A stretch of DNA of 64,000 nucleotides from an uncultured Collinsella sp. (GTDB lineage: Bacteria > Actinomycetota > Coriobacteriia > Coriobacteriales > Coriobacteriaceae). The stretch's first letter is position 1, and every line of letters starts with the position of its first letter. The translations under genes and the position numbers were made by a program. The notes under the pieces were generated by a model that ran no database searches, was not told the origin of the DNA, and was given only the letters and a program-made list of their open reading frames with translations. This document shows, one piece after another, positions 16,640-25,641 of the stretch. The DNA lies in contig CAUFXK010000001.1 of NCBI GenBank assembly GCA_959596495.1, positions 2,672 to 66,671 on the forward strand, read 5' to 3'.

Positions 16640-19639
16640 ATGAGCGACATCATGAGGCCGATCCCGTTTTCGCAGCTGATGAACTGGATCATCGAGGAGC
16701 ACAAGACCCAGGACGCCATCTTTGGCGTGCGTAAGATGGTCACGACCAACCAGGAGGGTGCGCTTCCCATTTTTGACGAGCGCATCGAGACTCCGTTTGG
16801 CCCGGCTGCCGGTCCCAATACGCAGCTGGCCCAGAACATCGTGGCCTCTTATGTGGCCGGTTCTCGCTTCTTTGAGCTCAAGACCGTTCAGGTTATGGAC
16901 GGCGAGGAGCTTTCCCGTTGCGTCAACAAGCCCTGCATTGTGGCGCAGGACGAGTGCTACAACTGCGAGTGGTCGACCGAGCTCGAGGTTCCGCAGGCCT
17001 TTGCCGAGTACGTGAAGGCATGGTTTGCCTGCCACCTGATCGCTCGCGAGTACGGTCTGGGCAGCCCGGACGGCTTTGTCTTCAACATGTCGGTGGGCTA
17101 TGACCTGGAGGGCATTAAGAGCCCCAAGGTCGACGCGTACATCGAGGGCATGAAGGACGCCAGCAGCTCCGACGTCTGGAACGAGTGCCGCGCATGGGCG
17201 CTCGCCAACCTGGACAAGTTTGAGCATGTCGACGCCGCGTTTGTCGAGTCCATCCCGGCACGCGTCTCCAACTCCATCACCGAGTCTACCCTGCACGGCT
17301 GCCCGCCGGCGGAGATCGAGCGCATCGCGACCTACCTCATCACCGAGAAGGGCCTCAACACCTACATCAAGTGCAACCCCACGCTGCTGGGCTATGAGTT
17401 TGCCCGTCAGCGCCTCAATGAGCTGGGCTTTGACTACATCGTCTTCGATGACACACACTTCCGCGAGGACCTGCAGTGGGTCGACGCCGTGCCCATGTTC
17501 GAGCGCCTGATTGTCCTGTGCGCCGAGCGCGGCCTGGAGTTTGGTGTCAAGCTCACCAACACCTTCCCCGTCGACGTGACCAGGAACGAGCTGCCTTCCA
17601 CCGAGATGTACATGTCCGGCCGTTCGCTGTTCTCGCTGACCATCGAGGCCGCCCGTCGCATTACCGAGCAGTTTGACGGCAAGCTGCGCATCAGCTACTC
17701 CGGCGGTGCCACGGTCTACAACATCCGCGCCCTGTATGACGCCGGCATTTGGCCCGTTACCCTGGCGACCGACGTGCTCAAGCCCGGTGGCTACGAGCGC
17801 TTTAGCCAGATGGCCGGTGAGTTTACCGACCTGGACGGCAAGCCGTTTGAGGGCGTCTCGCTCGAGGCCGTGACCGCGATTCAGGCCGACTCGCTCACCA
17901 ACCCGCTCTACAAGAAGCCGCTGCGCCCGCTGCCCGACCGTAAGGTCGCCGGCAAGAGCCCGCTTTCCGACTGCTTTACCACGCCGTGCCGCACGAGCTG
18001 CCCCATCCAGCAGGATATTCCCGCCTACCTGGCGGCTGTTGACGAGGGCCGCTACGAGGACGCGCTCAACATCATCATCGAGCGCAACGCCCTACCGTTC
18101 ATTACCGGCACCATCTGCCCGCATCCCTGCGGCCGTGCCTGCGAGCGTGCATTCTATGAGCCCGAGGGCGCCCAGATCCGCGCCAGCAAGCTCAAGGCCG
18201 CCCGCGAGGCCATGACCGCCGTGCTGCCCAAGCTGCGCGCCCAGGCCATCGCCAACGACGGCGAGCGCAACGTTGCCGTTATCGGCGGCGGCCCGGCCGG
18301 CCTGGCGACGGCGTTCTTCCTGACACGTGCTGGCGTGCCCGTCACCATCTTTGAGGCCCGCGATTCGCTCGGCGGCGTGGTCCGTCACGTGATCCCCGAG
18401 TTCCGTATCGCGAGCGACGATATCTCCCACGACGCCGAGCTTTGCCTGGCCTTTGGTGCCAAGGTGCAGCTCAACGCCCGCGTGGAGTCCATTGACGAGC
18501 TCAAGGCCCAGGGCTTTACCGACGTGGTCGTGGCCACCGGTGCCTGGATGCCCGGCTCTGCAGGCTTGGGCGAGGGTGCCGAGCTCGACGTGCTGGAGTT
18601 CCTCGAGGCCGCCAAGAAGGGCGAGAAGCTCGAGCTGGGCGAGGACGTCGTGGTCATCGGCGCCGGCAACACCGCCATGGACGCGGCCCGCGTGGCCAAG
18701 CGCCTGGCAGGCGTGAAAAACGTGCGCCTGGTGTATCGCCGCACCAAGAAGCAGATGCCCGCCGATGAGGAAGAGCTTGATCTTGCTCTTGCCGACGGCG
18801 TTGAGTTCTGCGAGCTGCTGGCACCCAAGGCACTCAACGGCGCCGTGCTGACCTGCGACGTTATGGAGCTTGGCGAGCCGGATGCAAGCGGTCGTCGCAG
18901 CCCTGTCGCCACGGGCGAGACCGTCGAGCTTTCCGCCACCACGGTGATCTGCGCCGTGGGCGAGGGCATCGATGCCAGCCTGTACGACGCCGCGGGCGTC
19001 GAGCACGACCGTCGCGGCCGCCTTGCCGCCACCTCCACCGGCGTCGAGGGCGTCTGGGCTGCAGGTGACTGCCGTCGCGGTCCGGCCACCGTGGTCGAGG
19101 CTATCGCCGATGCCGCCGAGGTCGCCCGTGCCATCGCTGGCGTGGACTTTAACAAGTACGCCGACTGCAACGAGCAGGCTGGCCGCGAGGACACCTGCTA
19201 CGAGCGCAAGGGATCGCTATGCCGCGACAAGCGCAACTGCACCAAGACCCGCTGCCTGGGCTGCGGCTCGGTGTGCGAGGTCTGCTGCGACGTGTGCCCC
19301 AACCGCGCCAACGTGGCAATTAAGGTGCCGGGCCTGGCCAAGCATCAGGTCGTTCACGTTGATGGCATGTGCAACGAGTGCGGCAACTGCGCCGTGTTCT
19401 GCCCCTACCAGGAGGGTCGTCCCTACAAGGACAAGCTCACCCTGTTCTGGAGCGAGCAGGACATGGAGAACTCCGAGAACGAGGGCTTCCTGGCCGTGGA
19501 CGAGGATCACTTTAAGGTCCGCGTCGCCGGCACGGTCCGCACCGTCTCGGTCGATGCCGTCAACACCGGCCTTCCCGAGGCCGTCCGCCTGACCATCAAG
19601 GCCGTGCGCGACAGCTATCCGTATCTTCTTAAGAAATAG
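16640..19639 (+). CDS. ygfK: YgfK-type FAD/FeS oxidoreductase (annotated 'putative selenate reductase subunit YgfK')
   Basis: ATG 16640 lies after AGAGAGGAG. 'MSDIMRPIPFSQLMNWI' mirrors the E. coli YgfK N-terminus (MGDIMRPIPF...). It has a DPD-like TIM domain, a GltD-like 'VAVIGGGPAGLATAFFL' FAD/NAD fold and C-terminal 4Fe-4S motifs (CNECGNCAVFCP). Confidence 0.85.
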   Translation: MSDIMRPIPFSQLMNWIIEEHKTQDAIFGVRKMVTTNQEGALPIFDERIETPFGPAAGPNTQLAQNIVASYVAGSRFFELKTVQVMDGEELSRCVNKPCIVAQDECYNCEWSTELEVPQAFAEYVKAWFACHLIAREYGLGSPDGFVFNMSVGYDLEGIKSPKVDAYIEGMKDASSSDVWNECRAWALANLDKFEHVDAAFVESIPARVSNSITESTLHGCPPAEIERIATYLITEKGLNTYIKCNPTLLGYEFARQRLNELGFDYIVFDDTHFREDLQWVDAVPMFERLIVLCAERGLEFGVKLTNTFPVDVTRNELPSTEMYMSGRSLFSLTIEAARRITEQFDGKLRISYSGGATVYNIRALYDAGIWPVTLATDVLKPGGYERFSQMAGEFTDLDGKPFEGVSLEAVTAIQADSLTNPLYKKPLRPLPDRKVAGKSPLSDCFTTPCRTSCPIQQDIPAYLAAVDEGRYEDALNIIIERNALPFITGTICPHPCGRACERAFYEPEGAQIRASKLKAAREAMTAVLPKLRAQAIANDGERNVAVIGGGPAGLATAFFLTRAGVPVTIFEARDSLGGVVRHVIPEFRIASDDISHDAELCLAFGAKVQLNARVESIDELKAQGFTDVVVATGAWMPGSAGLGEGAELDVLEFLEAAKKGEKLELGEDVVVIGAGNTAMDAARVAKRLAGVKNVRLVYRRTKKQMPADEEELDLALADGVEFCELLAPKALNGAVLTCDVMELGEPDASGRRSPVATGETVELSATTVICAVGEGIDASLYDAAGVEHDRRGRLAATSTGVEGVWAAGDCRRGPATVVEAIADAAEVARAIAGVDFNKYADCNEQAGREDTCYERKGSLCRDKRNCTKTRCLGCGSVCEVCCDVCPNRANVAIKVPGLAKHQVVHVDGMCNECGNCAVFCPYQEGRPYKDKLTLFWSEQDMENSENEGFLAVDEDHFKVRVAGTVRTVSVDAVNTGLPEAVRLTIKAVRDSYPYLLKK

Positions 19640-19650
19640 GCGAGTCTCTT

Positions 19651-20130
19651 ATGGCCAAATCCATTCAACATAACGTGGCCTACGTTGCCTGCGGAAGCGG
19701 TTGCGCCTCCGCGGGCGGCGACGCCCGCTGCAGCGAAGGCTGCATTGGCTGTGGCGCCTGCGTCACGGCCTGCCCCCACGGCGCCATTGCGCTGGTCGAT
19801 GGCATCGCTCGCGTGGATCGCTCAAAGTGCACGGGCTGTGGCCTGTGCGGCATGGCGTGCCCGCAGCGCGTGATTGCCTTCGTTCCCGGCTACCAGAACA
19901 TCCTGGTGCGCTGCAACAACACCGATAAGGGCGCCATTGCGCGCAAGATCTGTGACACGAGCTGCATCGGTTGCGGCATGTGCGCCAAAAAGTGCCCTGC
20001 CGGCGCTATCCGCATCGAGGACAACTGCGCCCATATCGACGGTGCGGACTGCCTGTCGTGCGGTATGTGCGCCGTCGTCTGCCCGCATGGCGCTATCCAC
20101 GACCGTACCGGCATCGCCGCCGGCGTGTAG
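19651..20130 (+). CDS. Polyferredoxin (four 4Fe-4S cluster motifs)
   Basis: 159 aa with four CxxCxxCxxxCP motifs (CIGCGACVTACP, CTGCGLCGMACP, CIGCGMCAKKCP, CLSCGMCAVVCP). Confidence 0.8.
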   Translation: MAKSIQHNVAYVACGSGCASAGGDARCSEGCIGCGACVTACPHGAIALVDGIARVDRSKCTGCGLCGMACPQRVIAFVPGYQNILVRCNNTDKGAIARKICDTSCIGCGMCAKKCPAGAIRIEDNCAHIDGADCLSCGMCAVVCPHGAIHDRTGIAAGV

Positions 20131-20142
20131 AAGGGAATCACC

Positions 20143-22920
20143 ATGGCACAGGAATTCACTTTTACCGTTAACGGCGTGGAGCGCACAACGACGCAGAACA
20201 AGCCGCTGCTGCGCTATCTGCGCGACGACCTGCACATCCACTCCGCCAAGGACGGCTGCTCCGAGGGTGCCTGCGGTACCTGCACCATTCACGTGGACGG
20301 CGCGGCCGTCAAGGCCTGCGTGCTGACCACCGCCCTTGCCGCCGGCCGTAACATCGTGACCGTCGAGGGCCTGCCCGAGGACGTGCGCGAGGCCTTTGTG
20401 TACGCCTTTGGCGCCGTGGGCGCCGTGCAGTGCGGCTTTTGCATCCCCGGTATGGTCATGGCGGGTGCGGCGCTGATCGCCGAGGACCCCGAGCCCACCG
20501 AGGAGCAGATCAAGTACGCCATTCGCGGCAATGTCTGCCGTTGCACCGGCTACAAAAAGATTATCGAGGGCATTTCGCTGGCTGCTGCGGTGCTCCGCGG
20601 CGAAAAGCAGATCGACGAGGACCTGGAACGCGGCGACGACTACGGCGTGGGCAAGCGCGCCTTCCGTATCGACGTGCGCAAGAAGGTGCTCGGCGAAGGC
20701 AAATACCCCGACGACATCGACGAGCTCGATCAGCCGGGTCTGACCTATGCCAGCGCCGTGCGCTCCAAGTATCCGCGCGCCCGTGTGCTCTCCATCGATA
20801 CCTCCAAGGCCGAGGCCCTGCCCGGTGTGGTGGGTATCCTGCGCGCCGAGGACGTGCCGGTCAACCAGGTCGGCCACCTTATCCAGGACTGGGACGTCAT
20901 GATCGCCCAGGGCGATATCACCCGCTGCGTGGGCGATGCCATCGTGCTGGTGGTCGCCGAGGACGAAGCGACGCTCGAGAAGGCCAAGAAGCTCGTAAAG
21001 ATCGATTACGAGCCGCTGGAGCCCGTGCGCAACATTGTCGAGGCCAGGGCTGCCGACGCTCCGCGCCTGCACGACAGTTTCTTTGCCTTTGGCAACACGG
21101 TGGAGCTCAAGGACAACGTGTGCCAGAGCCGTCACGTGACGCGCGGCGACGCCGCCAAGGCGCTGGCAGAGAGCGCGTTCACCGTGACGCAGCGCTTTAC
21201 CACGCCCTTTACCGAGCATGCCTTCTTGGAGCCCGAGTGCGCCGTTGCCTTCCCGTACAAGAACGGCGTCAAGGTGCAGTCGACCGACCAGGGTGCTTAC
21301 GACACGCGCAAAGAGTGCGCCCACATGTTTGGCTGGGACAACGAGCCCGAGCGCGTGGTCGTCGAGACCATGCTCGTGGGCGGCGGCTTTGGCGGTAAGG
21401 AGGACGTTTCGGTCCAGCACTTGGCCGCGCTCGCCGCATATAAGTTCCAGCGTCCTGTGAAGTGCAAGCTCACGCGTGCCGAGTCGCTCGCGTTCCATCC
21501 CAAGCGCCACGCCATGGACGGCACCTTTACGCTGGGTTGCGACGCCGAGGGCAACTTTACCGGCCTGGACTGCGAGATCAACTTTGACACCGGCGCCTAC
21601 GCGTCGCTGTGCGGCCCGGTGCTCGAGCGCGCCTGCACGCACGCCGTCGGCCCCTACAAGTACCAGAACACCGACATCCGCGGTTTTGGCTACTACACCA
21701 ACAACCCGCCCGCCGGTGCGTACCGCGGCTTTGGCGTGTGTCAGTCCGAGTTTGCACTCGAAAGCCTGATCGACCTGCTGGCCGAGAAGGTCGGCCTGGA
21801 TCCGTGGGAGATTCGTTACAGAAACGCCATCGAGCCGGGCGAGGTTTTGCCCAACGGCCAGATTGCCGACTGCTCCACGGCGCTTAAAGAGACACTGCTC
21901 GAGGTCAAGGATGCCTACTACGCGCATCCCGGCCACGCCGGTATCGCCTGCGCCATGAAGAACGCCGGCGTGGGCGTGGGCCTGCCCGATGCCGGCCGCT
22001 GCAAGATTCGCGTCGAGGGTGGCCGTGCCGTGGTCTACGCCGCCACGTCCGACATCGGCCAGGGCTGTAACACCGTCTTTTTGCAGGACGTTGCCGAGGC
22101 CTGCGGTCTGCCGCTGAGCTGCATCGCCAACGGCGAGTGCTCCACCGAGAACGCTCCCGACTCCGGCACCACGTCTGGCTCGCGTCAGACGGTCGTGACC
22201 GGCGAGGCTGTGCGCGGCGCCGCCTTCCTGCTGCGCGACGCCATGGTTGGCATCGAGGCCGGCAAGCCTGCGCCTACCGCCCCGGTGAGTGCGCATGGCG
22301 ACGGCGTCAAGATCGAGTACGACGACGGTCGCGCCTACCAGCTGCGCACGCAGGAACTCGTCGCCGGCCAGGGCATGCATCCTCAGGACCCCGCGGCCGC
22401 CATCAAGGCGCTCGAGGGATGCGAGTTTGGCTACGTGTATCTGGAGCCGACCGACAAACTGGGCGCCGACGTTCCCAACCCCAAGAGTCACATCTGCTAC
22501 GGCTTTGCCACACATGTGGTCATTCTGGATGATGACGGCCGCGTGAGCGAGGTCTATGCCGCACACGATTCCGGCAAGGTGGTCAACCCCATCTCCATCC
22601 AGGGTCAGATCGAAGGCGGCGTGCTCATGGGTATGGGCTATGCGCTGACCGAGGACTGGCCGCTCAAGGACTGCGTACCCCAGGCAAGGTACGGCACGCT
22701 CGGGCTGTTCCGTGCGCCCGAGATTCCGGATATCCACGCCATCTACGTGGAGAAGGACGAGCTGCTGCCCGTGGCATACGGCGGCAAGGGCATTGGAGAG
22801 ATCGCAACGATCCCCACGGCGCCCGCCGTGCAGAACGCCTACCGCGCATTCGACGGCAAGCTGCGTCCGGATCTGCCCATGGTGGATACGCCGTACAGCC
22901 GCGCTCGTCACCGCGGGTAG
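20143..22920 (+). CDS. xdhD: Molybdopterin-dependent hydroxylase with fused N-terminal [2Fe-2S] domains (XdhD/YgfN type; selenium-dependent xanthine dehydrogenase-like)
   Basis: 925 aa. Plant-type and second 2Fe-2S motifs 'CSEGACGTCTIHVDG' and 'QCGFCIPGMVM...CRCTGY', followed by an aldehyde-oxidase/xanthine-dehydrogenase Mo-binding domain (…GGGFGGKED…). Confidence 0.85.
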   Translation: MAQEFTFTVNGVERTTTQNKPLLRYLRDDLHIHSAKDGCSEGACGTCTIHVDGAAVKACVLTTALAAGRNIVTVEGLPEDVREAFVYAFGAVGAVQCGFCIPGMVMAGAALIAEDPEPTEEQIKYAIRGNVCRCTGYKKIIEGISLAAAVLRGEKQIDEDLERGDDYGVGKRAFRIDVRKKVLGEGKYPDDIDELDQPGLTYASAVRSKYPRARVLSIDTSKAEALPGVVGILRAEDVPVNQVGHLIQDWDVMIAQGDITRCVGDAIVLVVAEDEATLEKAKKLVKIDYEPLEPVRNIVEARAADAPRLHDSFFAFGNTVELKDNVCQSRHVTRGDAAKALAESAFTVTQRFTTPFTEHAFLEPECAVAFPYKNGVKVQSTDQGAYDTRKECAHMFGWDNEPERVVVETMLVGGGFGGKEDVSVQHLAALAAYKFQRPVKCKLTRAESLAFHPKRHAMDGTFTLGCDAEGNFTGLDCEINFDTGAYASLCGPVLERACTHAVGPYKYQNTDIRGFGYYTNNPPAGAYRGFGVCQSEFALESLIDLLAEKVGLDPWEIRYRNAIEPGEVLPNGQIADCSTALKETLLEVKDAYYAHPGHAGIACAMKNAGVGVGLPDAGRCKIRVEGGRAVVYAATSDIGQGCNTVFLQDVAEACGLPLSCIANGECSTENAPDSGTTSGSRQTVVTGEAVRGAAFLLRDAMVGIEAGKPAPTAPVSAHGDGVKIEYDDGRAYQLRTQELVAGQGMHPQDPAAAIKALEGCEFGYVYLEPTDKLGADVPNPKSHICYGFATHVVILDDDGRVSEVYAAHDSGKVVNPISIQGQIEGGVLMGMGYALTEDWPLKDCVPQARYGTLGLFRAPEIPDIHAIYVEKDELLPVAYGGKGIGEIATIPTAPAVQNAYRAFDGKLRPDLPMVDTPYSRARHRG

Positions 22921-22989
22921 AGTAGAGCGCGGACGACCATTGCTGACGAGCTGTTCGCGCTCAACATCAACTGCATATGCTGCGCCTTT

Positions 22990-23022
22990 GGCCCCGGCTC
23001 CATCGCGAGCCGGGGCCTTTTG
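22990..23022 (+). terminator. Rho-independent terminator after xdhD
   Basis: Perfect 11-bp GC-rich stem GGCCCCGGCTC / GAGCCGGGGCC, 6-nt loop, then TTTTGC. Confidence 0.75.
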
Positions 23023-23041
23023 CTTGGAGCACCTCCGCATA

Positions 23042-23338
23042 CGGAAACTGCGTCCCAGATTTCGGCTCCAGAATGGGATGCGCTTTCCGGAACGGCTATG
23101 AAGCGGAAACTGCATCCCAGAATCAGGTCTCAGAATGGGACACGCTTTCCGGATCAACCCTCAACCGGAAACTGCATCCCGGAATCCGCGCCTGGAATGG
23201 GACGCGCTTTCCCTTTGGCATGGGTTTCGGAAAGTATGTCCCGGAATTCGGCTTCAGAATGGGACGCGCTTTCCGGACAAGCCCTCAACCGGAAACTGCG
23301 TCCTGGATTCGGACCTCAGACCGGGACCCGCTTTCCGG
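23042..23338. repeat. 62-bp hairpin tandem repeat, array 1 (5 units)
   Basis: Units start at 23042, 23104, 23166, 23228 and 23290 (exact 62-bp phase). Unit: CGGAAACTGCGTCCCAGATTTCGGCTCCAGAATGGGATGCGCTTTCCGG plus a ~14-nt linker (…GCCCTCAAC). Confidence 0.95.
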
Positions 23339-23482
23339 AGCGCTTTTGCGGAGGTTGTTTTGCCTCCAAGGTTCTCCTCAATCGCCAACCTTAATGCGAA
23401 CTTTAACCTACATATGTTTGATAACTAACTGATGTGGAATAATTAGAGCGAACTACCAGCTGAGCGTTATGGAGGATTGAGG

Positions 23483-25609
23483 TTGAAAGAGAAGCTATTT
23501 CGATGGGTCGTAAAGCACCGCAAGCCCATCATCGCGTTTTATGCGATGGCGGCGCTGGTGTGCCTGTTCCTGCGCCAGTTTGTGGGCGTGAACTACGACA
23601 TTACGAGCTATCTGCCCGACGAGGCGGCGTCGACCGTTGCTCTCAATACCATGGGCGACGAGTTTAAGGGCGACATTCCCAACTGCCGTGTCATGGTGCC
23701 CAATGTCTCGATTACCCAGGCACTCAAATACAAGGACAAGATCAAAAAGGTCGACGGTGTCGAAGAGGTCTTGTGGCTCGACGATGCGGCCGACATCGAT
23801 CAGCCGCTTGCCACGCAGGATAAGAATACCGTCGAGACGTATTACAAAAAGAATAATGCCCTGTTTACGGTGACGGTCGATTCCGAGAAGGAGATCGAGG
23901 CCACCGATGCCATCCGCGATATCGTGGGCGACGAGGGCGCTATTACGGGCTCGGCCATGTCCAACGCGCTTGCGACCACGTCGACCGAGCAACAGATCAG
24001 CATCATTACGGTCGCCGTAATAGCGATCATCTTTGTGATTCTGGTTATCACGACCACCAGCTGGGCCGAGCCCATTCTGGTGCTGCTGGGCCTGGGCGTC
24101 TCGGTGTTTATCAACTGGGGCACAAACCTCATCTTTGGCGAGATCAGCTTTGTCACCAACTCCGCTGGCTCGATTTTGCAGGTTGCCATCGCACTGGACT
24201 TCTCGGTCTTTTTGCTGCACCGCTTTAACGAGGAACACGGCCATCACGGCAGCGTTGCCGAAGACATGGTGCAGTCGTGCTGCAAGTCCTCGGTCGCTGT
24301 GTTCTCGAGCGGCTGCACGGTCTGCATGGGCTTTATCGCGCTGACCGCCATGCAGTTTAAGATCGGCCCCGATCTTGGCCTTGCCCTCGCAAAGGGTATC
24401 GCCATCAGCTTGGTATCGGTCTTTACCTTTGTGCCCTCCATGTTCGTTCAGTTTGACGGCTTTGTGCAAAAGACGCAGCATAAGCCGTTTGTTCCGCCGC
24501 TGGGCAAGTTTGCCCGCTTGGTACTTAAGGTCTGCATTCCCGCTGCCGTCGTGATCCTTGCTGTGGTCTATCCCGCGCGCGTGGCATCGACCTCCAGCGA
24601 CATCAAGTACTACTACGGCACCTCGCATATTTTTGGTTCGGATACGCGCCTTGGCCAGGATATGGACAAGGTCAAGGAGATCTTTGGCAACTCCGATACC
24701 TACGTTGTGCTCGTTCCCCGCGGTGAGGTGAGCGAGGAGCAGGCACTCTCCAACGAGCTCAAGGCACTCCCCGAGGTCAAGTCTATCCAGAGCTACGTTG
24801 ACGTCGCGAGCCCCTATATCCCCACGGGCATGGCCGAGAAGAACGTGCTCGATCTGGTGGAGGGAGAGCATTACAGCCGCTTGGTGCTCACGGTTAGCGT
24901 GCCCTACGAGGGCCCGAGTACGTTCAAGTTGGTCAAGAAGATCCGCGGTATCGCTGATAAGCATTACCCGGGCAAGGCAATGCTCGCCGGCGAGGGCGTG
25001 AGCACCACCGACCTTAAGGACACCATCACCGTCGATAAGGGTAAGGTCGATCTTATCGCCGTCGTGGCTGTGTTCGTGGTGCTGCTGCTTGCCACCAAGT
25101 CCATCAGCCTGCCGGTCATCTTGGTGCTTGTGATTGAGACCTCGATCTGGGTCAACTTTGCCGCACCGCTCTACACCGGAATGCATGAGTTCTTTCTTGC
25201 CTATCTAATCGAGAGTTCCATCCAGTTGGGTGTCGCCGTCGACTACGGCATCCTGATCGCCGACCGTTATCGCGAGGACCGCAAGATTATGCACAAGCGC
25301 GAGGCGTTGCTCGAGACCATGGAGGCTTGCACGATTCCTGTCCTGACGTCTGGATCGGTCCTGCTCATTAGCGGTTTCTTGATCCATGCGATTTCGAGCC
25401 ACGGCGTGCTCAAGCAAATCGGCTGGTTCTTGGGTGTCGGTGTGAGCATCTCGCTGGTCGCCGTGCTCTTTGCGCTGCCGGGCTTCCTGTATGTGCTCGA
25501 CGGTCTTATTGGCAAGACCACGCTCAAAGCGCACTTTTTGCCTAAAGGTGCCCAGGCTCCGGTTTCGGATAGCGCCGAGGCACCCGTTGCGGACGGCTCC
25601 GCTCAGTAA
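23483..25609 (+). CDS. MMPL/RND-superfamily membrane transporter
   Basis: About 708 aa with two 6-TM bundles separated by soluble loops, an MMPL-type layout. TTG 23483 lies 6 nt after GGAGGA (23471-23476), whereas the track start TTG 23477 abuts the SD. Start is uncertain by 2 codons. Confidence 0.8.
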   Translation: MKEKLFRWVVKHRKPIIAFYAMAALVCLFLRQFVGVNYDITSYLPDEAASTVALNTMGDEFKGDIPNCRVMVPNVSITQALKYKDKIKKVDGVEEVLWLDDAADIDQPLATQDKNTVETYYKKNNALFTVTVDSEKEIEATDAIRDIVGDEGAITGSAMSNALATTSTEQQISIITVAVIAIIFVILVITTTSWAEPILVLLGLGVSVFINWGTNLIFGEISFVTNSAGSILQVAIALDFSVFLLHRFNEEHGHHGSVAEDMVQSCCKSSVAVFSSGCTVCMGFIALTAMQFKIGPDLGLALAKGIAISLVSVFTFVPSMFVQFDGFVQKTQHKPFVPPLGKFARLVLKVCIPAAVVILAVVYPARVASTSSDIKYYYGTSHIFGSDTRLGQDMDKVKEIFGNSDTYVVLVPRGEVSEEQALSNELKALPEVKSIQSYVDVASPYIPTGMAEKNVLDLVEGEHYSRLVLTVSVPYEGPSTFKLVKKIRGIADKHYPGKAMLAGEGVSTTDLKDTITVDKGKVDLIAVVAVFVVLLLATKSISLPVILVLVIETSIWVNFAAPLYTGMHEFFLAYLIESSIQLGVAVDYGILIADRYREDRKIMHKREALLETMEACTIPVLTSGSVLLISGFLIHAISSHGVLKQIGWFLGVGVSISLVAVLFALPGFLYVLDGLIGKTTLKAHFLPKGAQAPVSDSAEAPVADGSAQ

Positions 25610-25641
25610 CGTTTAACAAAGTAGTTGGAAGGAATACCGCA

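Noticed and set aside
19822-23157. 1111-aa ORF on the minus strand, the longest ORF in the window
   Set aside because: It is antisense to the ferredoxin and xdhD genes, which have unmistakable family motifs. Its translation is Gly/Ala/Arg/Val/His-rich low-information sequence typical of shadow ORFs in high-GC DNA.
22977-23432. ORFs translating the repeat arrays (22977..23432, 23020..23394, 28078..28456, 31386..31826 etc.) as repeat proteins
   Set aside because: All three frames are open simultaneously, the period (62) is not a multiple of 3, and no SD or start context is present.
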